The notes under the pieces: generated by a model
Seen by the model: only the letters and a program-made list of their open reading frames with translations
The model's database searches: none
Told to the model about the DNA's origin: nothing
In this document: piece after piece, positions 16,697-24,637 of the stretch
Position numbering within the stretch: the stretch's first letter is position 1
Layout of the letters: each line of letters opens with the position of its first letter
Source: a virus
Reading direction: 5' to 3' (one strand)
IMG/VR virus record: IMGVR_UViG_3300033153_010139
Location: 1 to 64,000 of that record
DNA: 64,000 nt
Translations under genes and position numbers: made by a program

Positions 16697-19441
16697 GTGG
16701 CCCAGCTTGAAATTCTGTCCCCCGGTGTCTACGGCTTCGAGAAGGCACCGAACAGGACCCCCGAAGGCATCTCCCCGGCCAAGGCCGCGCTCGTCGGCTG
16801 GACCGACGAGGGCCCGAGCCATACGCCGATCGAGCTTCGGTCCTCCATCGAGGCCGAGAAGGTCTTTGGTCCCATCTCCACACTCGGGCTCGTGCCGATC
16901 TCGTGGCGCGCGTTCTTCGGCAACGGAGGCGAGCGCGTCTACGTCGTGCGGACGCCGGCTGCCGACGCCGTGTCCTCCTACGCGGACATCGACCCGACCC
17001 CTGGGCCGACCAAGTGGACCTTCACCATGTTAGGTGAGGGCCTCTGGGGCAACGTCACCAGGGTCCGCATCAAGGGCAACCGCAACTTCCTCGACCGCAC
17101 GGCCGGGGCCGAGGCGTGGTCGAAGTTCGATCTGCTGATCCTTCGTCCTTCGGAGTACGACGCCTCCATCTACGTCTCCGAGGAGCGCTACGAGGCGGTC
17201 CAGTTCGCCGATCCCGACGCCGGCGACTACATCGGGAACGTGCTGAGTGACCCGCGCAGGCCGTCGATGCTCGTCACGCTGACGGAAGGCGCCGGCGGCG
17301 TTCCCAGCGATCTGGTGGCCGCCTACCGCGCTGACGAGGTTCTCGTCGCCGGGGGCAGCGTCAACGGCATCGACACGCAGTTCGTGGCCTCGTTCGCCGA
17401 GTCCGTTCTCGACGGCGCGCTGCGGATCACCGCTGCCGAGGCCGCCGTGGACGACGAGGTGCAGACCACCACGCCAACGCCCATCGACGGCATCGAGACC
17501 AGCTACGCGATCACGCTGCCGACCATTCCGGTGCTCGACGGCAGCTTGCGGTTGTTCTACGCCCAGCTGGGCGACCAGTTCGACAACCTGGGACCGGGGC
17601 CGTTCGCGACCGGCACGATCAACGGCGGGGACACGGTCTTCCAGATCGCGGCCAGCGCCCTGACGGCGCCCGTCCATCGCGAGAACACCGTCTTCAGGAT
17701 GCGGTTCGCCAAGACCAACGTGGCGGCCGAGCTGATCCACACGGACGGCGGCGGCGGACTGCCCTACGACTTCGTCACCACGGCGCTGACGACCTCGCCG
17801 GTGCACCCTGGCACGGTCGCGATCTCGCTCGACATCGGCGCCGGCGTTGTCGTCGTCCTCGACGACGGGCTCGGCAATCTGGTCGATCCGGGCGGTGTCT
17901 TCGTCGGCGCGGCCACGATCGACTACGCCACTGGCGCCATGACCGGCGTCACCGTCGCGCTGGCCACGTCCTCGACCGTCGTGGGCAACTACGACGTGTC
18001 CGGGACGATCACCAAGGCTGTCGTCACGCTCGGCGACAACATGGAGCAGGGCACCTTGCTCGCGGGCAACGTCACGTCCGGCACGATCGACCACGTTGAC
18101 AGCCTGACTGCCCCGACCGGCAGTGGCGTGATCGATCTCGTGGCCGACAGCGCGCCTCTCGCCGGCACCGATCTCCTGGCGGACTACGTGCCGCTCGGGA
18201 TCGTGGACGGCGATGTCGCCGGAGCGCTGACCGAGCTGGGCGGCGCAGCTGGCGCAGCCGGAACGGCCGATTACGTGTCCGGTGCGGTGGCCCTGACCGC
18301 GCTGGTCGCGCCGCGCGCAACCACCACGATCGACGCCGACTACCAGTCGGGCCAGGTCGCGACCGACGACGGTCTCGGCAATCTGGTGGGCGACGTGGAT
18401 GCGGCCGGCAACAACACGATCGACTACGACACCGGCGCCGTGGACGTCACCTGGGATTCCGCGCCGCCAGCCGGCACGGACATCCTGGCCAACTACACGA
18501 ACCTGGCCGACTACGCCGAGTACAACCTGGCCGGCGGGCTGAACGGATCCGCCGTCAGCCGTGCGGACATCTCGGCGGCGGCTCTGGAGGCGGACAAGAA
18601 GGGCATCTACGCCCTGGACCTCGTGGAGGAGCCCCTCAACGTGGTCGTGCCCGACTTCGAGGGCAGTGAGTTCGTGCAGTTCGATCTGGTGCAGTTCGCC
18701 CGCAACCGCCCGGACATGCGCTACCTGCTCATGGGCTACGCGAACGGGACGACCAGGGACGAGGCGATCAAGTACGTCCAGGTCGAGCAGGCGTGGGACG
18801 AGAAGCTCGGGGCGATGTACTACCCCAACATCTACTACGTCAACCCGCTGACCGACTACCCCGAGCTGGTGCCTTGCACCCCGTTCGTGGCCGGCGTCTA
18901 CGCGCGCACCGCGCGCAACAAGAACGTCGGCAAGGCGCCAGGCGGCGTCGAGGACGGCCAGATCAATGCTCCCGGCGTGGTCGGGCCAGAGTTCAAGCTG
19001 GACCTGGCCGATCGCAACAACCTCTACCAGTCGCGGGTCAACCCGATCCTCAAGAGCGATGCGGCGGGGTTGGCGGTGTGGGGCGTTCGGTCGCTCTCGC
19101 TCGAAAAGCGCTGGAAGTACATCAACACGCGCACCCTGCACAACTTCCTGATGCACGCGATCAGCATGAAGCTGCAGTGGGCCGTGTTCGAGAGCAACGG
19201 GCCGCCGCTCTGGGTCAAGATCGAGACCGCGCTCAAGGGCTACATGGGATCGCTGTTCACGCTCGGCTACTTCTACGGGGAGATCCCCGAGGACGCGTAT
19301 TTCGTCACCTGCAACGGGACGAACAACAACGCGACCACGATCTCCGAAGGCAAGGCGATTGTGGACGTCGGGTTCACGGCCAACACGCCTGCCGAGTTCG
19401 TCACCTTCACGCTCCAGCAGCCTGTCGGCCAGACCGGGTAG
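16697..19441 (+). CDS. contractile tail sheath protein with large insertion
   Basis: N-terminal LSPGVY; C-terminal FVAGVYART, KAPGG, VNPI, VWGVRSL, YINTR, PAEFV. Confidence 0.93.
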   Translation: MAQLEILSPGVYGFEKAPNRTPEGISPAKAALVGWTDEGPSHTPIELRSSIEAEKVFGPISTLGLVPISWRAFFGNGGERVYVVRTPAADAVSSYADIDPTPGPTKWTFTMLGEGLWGNVTRVRIKGNRNFLDRTAGAEAWSKFDLLILRPSEYDASIYVSEERYEAVQFADPDAGDYIGNVLSDPRRPSMLVTLTEGAGGVPSDLVAAYRADEVLVAGGSVNGIDTQFVASFAESVLDGALRITAAEAAVDDEVQTTTPTPIDGIETSYAITLPTIPVLDGSLRLFYAQLGDQFDNLGPGPFATGTINGGDTVFQIAASALTAPVHRENTVFRMRFAKTNVAAELIHTDGGGGLPYDFVTTALTTSPVHPGTVAISLDIGAGVVVVLDDGLGNLVDPGGVFVGAATIDYATGAMTGVTVALATSSTVVGNYDVSGTITKAVVTLGDNMEQGTLLAGNVTSGTIDHVDSLTAPTGSGVIDLVADSAPLAGTDLLADYVPLGIVDGDVAGALTELGGAAGAAGTADYVSGAVALTALVAPRATTTIDADYQSGQVATDDGLGNLVGDVDAAGNNTIDYDTGAVDVTWDSAPPAGTDILANYTNLADYAEYNLAGGLNGSAVSRADISAAALEADKKGIYALDLVEEPLNVVVPDFEGSEFVQFDLVQFARNRPDMRYLLMGYANGTTRDEAIKYVQVEQAWDEKLGAMYYPNIYYVNPLTDYPELVPCTPFVAGVYARTARNKNVGKAPGGVEDGQINAPGVVGPEFKLDLADRNNLYQSRVNPILKSDAAGLAVWGVRSLSLEKRWKYINTRTLHNFLMHAISMKLQWAVFESNGPPLWVKIETALKGYMGSLFTLGYFYGEIPEDAYFVTCNGTNNNATTISEGKAIVDVGFTANTPAEFVTFTLQQPVGQTG

Positions 19442-19483
19442 TCGGGAACGAGAACCAGGCACACAGGAATCTAGGAGACCACC

Positions 19484-19969
19484 ATGGCTCGCTCAGCAAG
19501 CACTGACCCTTACCTGAACATGCGGTTCCACCTGGTTGATCCGGGTGGCGGCAATCTCGATCCGATCGCGGGCTTCACTCAGGTGACCACGCCCAACATC
19601 ACCGTGGAGCCGGCAGAGTACCGCGAGGGGGTCTACCGCTGGACGCGGAAGTTCCCTGGTATCACCACCGTCGGCGAGGTCCAGTGCATGACCGGCACCG
19701 TCAAGCGGGAGTCGGCCTTCTACGACTGGATCATGAAGGTCGCCCGCGGCGGCGTCGCCGAGTACCGCACCGACCTCATGATCATGGAGTACCACATCAC
19801 CGACGAGTTCGGGATCGATGGCGCTCCCTCGCGGATCATGCGGATCAAGGAAGCATTCCCCACGGACGTCAAGGCGATGGCCGACAAGGACGCCACCGGT
19901 TCCGAGGTCTCCATCCAGGAGATGACTCTAACCCTAGAAGAACTCGAAATCGAGTTGGTGACCGCTTAG
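19484..19969 (+). CDS. tail tube protein (gp19-like)
   Basis: DPYLNMRFHL..AGFTQV..EYREG..RKFPG..AFYDWI. Confidence 0.9.
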   Translation: MARSASTDPYLNMRFHLVDPGGGNLDPIAGFTQVTTPNITVEPAEYREGVYRWTRKFPGITTVGEVQCMTGTVKRESAFYDWIMKVARGGVAEYRTDLMIMEYHITDEFGIDGAPSRIMRIKEAFPTDVKAMADKDATGSEVSIQEMTLTLEELEIELVTA

Positions 19970-20030
19970 TAGCCCTTGACTTAGGGCGCCCCAGCCGCCA
20001 CTATCGACTAAAGATAGAAGGGCGGTGGCG

Positions 20031-21125
20031 ATGGCTGAGGCGTTCTGGGTCTACACGGGCCGGTCGTCAGCTGGTGTTGTGATCCTGGCGGGGTACACGC
20101 GGATCAAGCACGCGAGCACGGTGCGCTGCAACATCGAGCAGCGCGCGTTCAAGGGCGCGAAGGGCGAACACATGAACGCCGTTCGCGCCCTCCTCGCATC
20201 AGGGCAAAATCTCCAGATCCACGTCGAGGCGCGGGACCTCGCGAAAGAGGGGGCCAAGCGCCTCAAGACGGAGCTGCAAAAGGGGCACAGCTTGCATGGT
20301 CGGCGCGGTTTGCCTTACCGGCGCGTGCACCAACAGAAGGCGCCCAACTCCCCCTACCTCGACCCGAGCCCCGTCTACTACGTCTACGAGCTGGTCAGGC
20401 CGGACACTGGCGCCGTGTTCTACGTGGGCAAGGGTTCCGAGAGGCAGCCGCCACGGGTGGACGACCACGTCAGGCACGCGAAGAACGGGAAGCGCGGCCA
20501 CAAGTTCTCGGTCATCCGCAAGCTCCTGCGCGCCGGGCTGTCGCCCGAGGAGCGTCGCGTGAGCGAGCACCAGTCGGAGCGGCAAGCCCTGCTCGAAGAA
20601 CGCAGGCTGGTCAAGGCGCGCGGCCTCGACCAGCTGACCAACGACGCGCCGGGCGGCCAGAGCCCGCCTACCGGCGACGACCACTGGACGCGCAAGCACC
20701 CCGAGAAGGTCTTGCGGGGGGACAAGCACCCGGCGCGGGCGAATCCAGAGCTGCGGCGCAAGCTGGCCGAGCACTGCCGAACCATGGATCCTGCCTGTCG
20801 CGCTCGCGGCGAGCGTCACGGCATGGTCAAGCTCTCCGACGCGCAAGTGGCCGACCTGCGCGCTCGGTTCAAGGCCGGCGGGGCAACACGGGCAGCTCTG
20901 GCCGAGGAGTTTGGCGTGTCCCCGCGGCACGTAGGCCGTCTGGTGCGCGCGAAGAACCGAGGCGGGCAGGCCGTAGCCGGACCGCAGCACGGCAACGCCA
21001 AACTCAGCCCGGAGCAGCGTGCCGAGATCCGCGAGCGACGGAACGCCGGGGAGAGCGGGCGCGCTTTGGCGAACGCTTTCGGCGTTAGTCCCAGCCTGGT
21101 AAGCTGTATTGCGCATGAGGGATAG
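20031..21125 (+). mobile_element. free-standing GIY-YIG (LEM-3-like) homing endonuclease with HTH repeats
   Basis: YYVYELVRPDTGAVFYVGKGS..RVDDH..LTN; C-terminal LAEEFGVS and LANAFGVS HTHs; flanked by a duplicated tube-gene C-terminus. Confidence 0.8.
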
Positions 21126-21219
21126 CTGGAGATCGAACTCGTTACCGCGTAACGGTTTCTATCTCTCTTAGTTCTGCGCAGAACGCGAGTCAGCGCTGAC
21201 TCACCTGTTGGAGGCCGAC

Positions 21220-21501
21220 GTGAGCTTGTTCAACCGATTGACTGAGGCAAAGTCGGGCGGCGCGTCGCTGCTGCGGGCGGCCAAGGATCTGGAGCAAGCT
21301 GCCAAGGAACTGCGCGGGCTTGCCAAGAGCCATCCCGAGTACTCGATGACCTCCACCGCTCCGCACTCCGGGCTCTACGTCGTGACGCGCTCGGGCGACC
21401 GGATCGCGCGGAGCGCCATGGGCGGCGTCGCCGCGGCTCGGCAGATCGCCTACGACGCGACCGAGGGCGGCAAGTCGCGCAAGGCTCTGTCCGGGAAGTA
21501 G
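21220..21501 (+). CDS. putative internal head protein
   Basis: GGAGG then GTG; starts SLFNRLTEAK. Confidence 0.55.
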   Translation: MSLFNRLTEAKSGGASLLRAAKDLEQAAKELRGLAKSHPEYSMTSTAPHSGLYVVTRSGDRIARSAMGGVAAARQIAYDATEGGKSRKALSGK

Positions 21502-21505
21502 CCCG

Positions 21506-22414
21506 GTGCTGGCCTCGCTCTACGAACGCATCGTTCCGCCGGCCGCCCAGCTGCTCCACGAAGGCGTCTTCGATCCGCACATCCTGAAGGCGATCTTCCT
21601 CGGCGGGGGCATGGGGAGCGGCAAGAGCGCCGTCGCCGGCTGGGTGTTCGGCAAGTCCGGCGGCAAGACGGTCCCCGGCGGGCTCAAGCCGCCGAAGGCG
21701 ATCGTTGGCCGGCTCGGCTCGTCGTTCGGGCTCAAGAGCCTGAGCGTAGACGAGGTCTTCGAGCTGCGGGCGGCGCAAATGGGGCTCGATACCAAGACCG
21801 CGTTCCACGAGCCGACCGAGCACCCGGACTACGCTTCGCGCGGGCACGAGGTCCACGACGCGGCCTGGTACACGATGATGAAACAGCGGGACCACTTCAG
21901 CCGCGGTCGGCTCGGGCTCCTCATCGACGGCACGGCCAAGGATCCGGCCTACATCTTGCGCAGCAAGAAGGCCCTGGAGGAACTCGGCTACGACTGCTCG
22001 ATGGTCATGGTGACAACGCCGCTGGGCGTCGCGCGAGCGCGTAACCAGGAGCGCGGGCGCACGGTCACGGACGCGGACCTGAAGGCGTCGCACGACGCGG
22101 TTCGCCGCGCAGCCAATACCTACAAGAAGACGTTCGGCAACCGCTACTACGAGATCGAGAACGCCAGCTCCTACGACACCGGCGGTCGCGCGTTCCGCGC
22201 CGAGGTCGAGTCGTCGTTTCACCGCTACGCCATGAAGATTCTCGCCAAGCCGCTCGCGAATCCCAAGGGCAGGGCGTGGGTCACCCGGCAGCTCGAAGGC
22301 GCGCCGGCCCACCTCAAGAAGAAGGTCTGGCAGGGGCTCGGCGTACGCTGGCGACCGAGCGCTGTGGACAAGCTCGGTGCGCTGGGAAGGCGCACGCTAA
22401 AGACGCCCCGGTGA
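21506..22414 (+). CDS. P-loop kinase (AAA_33/zeta-toxin-like)
   Basis: EGVFDPHILKAIFLGGGMGSGKS; GLLIDGT; ARARNQERGR; carries both the N-leader and the C-tag. Confidence 0.8.
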   Translation: MLASLYERIVPPAAQLLHEGVFDPHILKAIFLGGGMGSGKSAVAGWVFGKSGGKTVPGGLKPPKAIVGRLGSSFGLKSLSVDEVFELRAAQMGLDTKTAFHEPTEHPDYASRGHEVHDAAWYTMMKQRDHFSRGRLGLLIDGTAKDPAYILRSKKALEELGYDCSMVMVTTPLGVARARNQERGRTVTDADLKASHDAVRRAANTYKKTFGNRYYEIENASSYDTGGRAFRAEVESSFHRYAMKILAKPLANPKGRAWVTRQLEGAPAHLKKKVWQGLGVRWRPSAVDKLGALGRRTLKTPR

Positions 22415-22428
22415 GCTAGGATCGGGCC

Positions 22429-22956
22429 ATGGCGAGATCCCAGAACAGTGATCCCCTTTTATCTCACAATTTCAGTCTGCTTGATGTCCCTGTACCCGGC
22501 GCCCTGCCGCTCGCGTTCTCGATCAAGGCTGCGGAGAGCGCGGTCAGCGGCGGCAACTTCATTGGCGCAAAGTCGGTGACGTACCCGGACGTCACGCTGG
22601 AGATGCGGACGATCAAGGAGGGGACTTCGCACGAGGTTCACCAAACGCCGACCGGCTACGTGACGACCGGCGACGTCACGATCGAGTGGGCGCTGTTCAA
22701 CACCAGTCTCGACATGTGGGCCTGGATGCAGCAAGCGATCCGGGGCAGGATCGCGCCGCGGCGCTCGCTGATTGTCGTGCACACCCGCAACGACAAGATC
22801 GTACCGCAGCGCATGGCGTTGCTGCACGGCTGTCTGCCGACGATGTGGAAGCCGTCGGGCGACATGGACGCGACCGCGTCCGAGGTCTTGCTGGAGTCGC
22901 TGACCCTGCACGTGCACAAGATTTCTCCCATCGCGCTGCCGATCCCACTCTCTTAG
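22429..22956 (+). CDS. second tail tube-like protein
   Basis: MARSQNSDPL parallels the first tube; GCLPTMWK..DMDATASEVLLESLTL. Confidence 0.8.
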   Translation: MARSQNSDPLLSHNFSLLDVPVPGALPLAFSIKAAESAVSGGNFIGAKSVTYPDVTLEMRTIKEGTSHEVHQTPTGYVTTGDVTIEWALFNTSLDMWAWMQQAIRGRIAPRRSLIVVHTRNDKIVPQRMALLHGCLPTMWKPSGDMDATASEVLLESLTLHVHKISPIALPIPLS

Positions 22957-22980
22957 GTTGTGCTTGCGAATTGCCGCGAG

Positions 22981-23008
22981 TAGGATTGCCTCAACAGCCG
23001 AGGCAATC
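22981..23008 (+). promoter_or_regulatory. TAGGAT -10 with overlapping inverted repeat (putative operator)
   Basis: GATTGCCTC-N7-GAGGCAATC at 22984-23008, just upstream of the RHH gene. Confidence 0.45.
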
Positions 23009-23014
23009 AGACTC

Positions 23015-23482
23015 ATGCACCGCATCAACTACGTGATCCCGGGCGCGCTGGACGACCAGCTGATCGCCTACTGCGAGCGCACCAGCCGCTCGGCCAGCGA
23101 CGTGGTCCGACAGCTCATCGTGGAGTGGGTCGAGGGGGACCGAAAGCTCCCGGCTCTGGCGAGGGCCCATCCGGTCGGCAGGAGGACCAACGTTGGCCTC
23201 TCCGACGCCGCCAGAGCCGCCCTGGAGGCCAAAATCGAGGAGGAGGGGCACGGAACCGTTGCCGCAGTCGTGGCGGCGCTCCTGGGCCCCTTCTTAGCTC
23301 ATCGGGCCGGCGCCGGAGGGACCACGACCGTGCGTGTCTCGCTCCCCGAGGCGGTCTACACCAACCTGTTCATCTTCTGCGAGAAGTGGAACTGGTCCGT
23401 CGCCGACGGGCTCCGCTTGCTCGCCGAGTCACCCGGCGCCTTCGAGCGCCTGGCCGAAATCGCTCTGCAAAGGGAGGCATAA
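23015..23482 (+). CDS. tandem ribbon-helix-helix (CopG-like) DNA-binding protein
   Basis: RINYVIPGALDDQLIAYCERTSRSASDVVRQLI plus two further beta-helix-helix repeats. Confidence 0.6.
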   Translation: MHRINYVIPGALDDQLIAYCERTSRSASDVVRQLIVEWVEGDRKLPALARAHPVGRRTNVGLSDAARAALEAKIEEEGHGTVAAVVAALLGPFLAHRAGAGGTTTVRVSLPEAVYTNLFIFCEKWNWSVADGLRLLAESPGAFERLAEIALQREA

Positions 23483-24385
23483 GTGCCTGGTATTGTTGAC
23501 GTTCCTGGTGTCGAGATCTTCGGAAAGGGGAGGGGGTTTTATGATTTGCCCTGTGGGCTGATCACCGACGACGGCGTTGCCCACCGAACTGTTGTCCTCC
23601 GGGAGATGACCGGCGAGGAGGAGGACATGATGGACGACGACGAGCTGCTGGTGCACGACAGGACGACCGGTGTCCTGGCGGCCTGCTGCGAGAAGATCGG
23701 CACCATCGACGACAAGACGACCATCCGCGAGGCGATCGGGGGCAACCTCAAGAGCGGGCATCCGCTGACCAGCGCTGACCGGATCGCCATGCTGATCTAC
23801 CTGCGCCGCGTGAGCGTGGGGGACATGTACCACTTCGAGCGCCGCTGCCCGCGGTGCGGCTACGTGAACAAGGGCAAGCACCTCGACCTGCGCCAGCTCA
23901 AGATCTCGCGCGTGCCCAGCGAGCGTGTCGCCAAGCGCAGGGTGAAGATCACGCTCCCGCGTTCCGGGCGCGAGGCTGTTGTGCGCGTGCTCACGGGCGA
24001 TCAGGAGCACAAGATCACCGGACTGCGGATAAACCAGAAGGATCTGCGGTCTGCGGCCATCCTGGCGCGGCTGGAGTCCATCTCGGTCGAGCAGCCGGAG
24101 CTGGACGGCGAAGGCAAGCCGACTGGCAAGGCGAAGATGGTCCAGCAGCTGCTCGACGAGCCGCAGCGGGACATGGCGATCGTCAAGGCACTGCCGGCGC
24201 TGGATCGCGACTACCTGCGCCGCGTCTACGATGCCATGGAGGCCGAGGTGGACACGAAGGTAGAGGTCGTCTGTTCCGGCAGGATCTGCAACGCGGAGTT
24301 CAGTTTCCCGCTCGATCTGGGGCAGGCTTTTTTCTCGAATCTGGGGGCCAAGGACGTTTCTGTCGAGGCGCTGAACTGGTTGTAG
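23483..24385 (+). CDS. tail/baseplate assembly chaperone (gp26-like)
   Basis: LREMTGEEED, DRIAMLIYLRRVS, CPRC; directly before the tape measure gene. Confidence 0.75.
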   Translation: MPGIVDVPGVEIFGKGRGFYDLPCGLITDDGVAHRTVVLREMTGEEEDMMDDDELLVHDRTTGVLAACCEKIGTIDDKTTIREAIGGNLKSGHPLTSADRIAMLIYLRRVSVGDMYHFERRCPRCGYVNKGKHLDLRQLKISRVPSERVAKRRVKITLPRSGREAVVRVLTGDQEHKITGLRINQKDLRSAAILARLESISVEQPELDGEGKPTGKAKMVQQLLDEPQRDMAIVKALPALDRDYLRRVYDAMEAEVDTKVEVVCSGRICNAEFSFPLDLGQAFFSNLGAKDVSVEALNWL

Positions 24386-24633
24386 GACCACGATTCCATG
24401 CCTTCTTGCCGTTGGGCTCCCGCGCCAACGTAGAGCATGATGTCGTGTTTCTGTTCGAGGCTTACAATCAACCCTACATGGACGTGATGCAAATGCCTTC
24501 GTCGCGACGGCACCGGTTGGTGAAGATCAGGGAGGAGATCGTGCGTTCCCGCAAGCGCGGGCCGGCGGCCCCGCCCTCTTACCACACCGGTTCCTCGCAG
24601 GCGCAGGCTGTCACGCCGCAACCGGGGACGTAA
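24328..24633 (+). CDS. -1 frameshift extension of the chaperone (or separate small gp51-like gene)
   Basis: Slippery T-TTT-TTC at 24328-24334; -1 frame open to 24633 (EHDVVFLFEAYNQPYMDVMQMPSSRR). Confidence 0.6.
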   Translation, partial: FFLESGGQGRFCRGAELVVGPRFHAFLPLGSRANVEHDVVFLFEAYNQPYMDVMQMPSSRRHRLVKIREEIVRSRKRGPAAPPSYHTGSSQAQAVTPQPGT

Positions 24634-24637
24634 GCGC

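Noticed and set aside
17030-19462. Long antisense ORFs (e.g. 810 aa opposite the sheath, and others opposite structural genes)
   Set aside because: Expected shadow ORFs of GC3-rich genes; no motifs
19970-21125. Group I intron in the tube gene
   Set aside because: The tube ORF is complete before the insert, and there is little non-coding room for a ribozyme core
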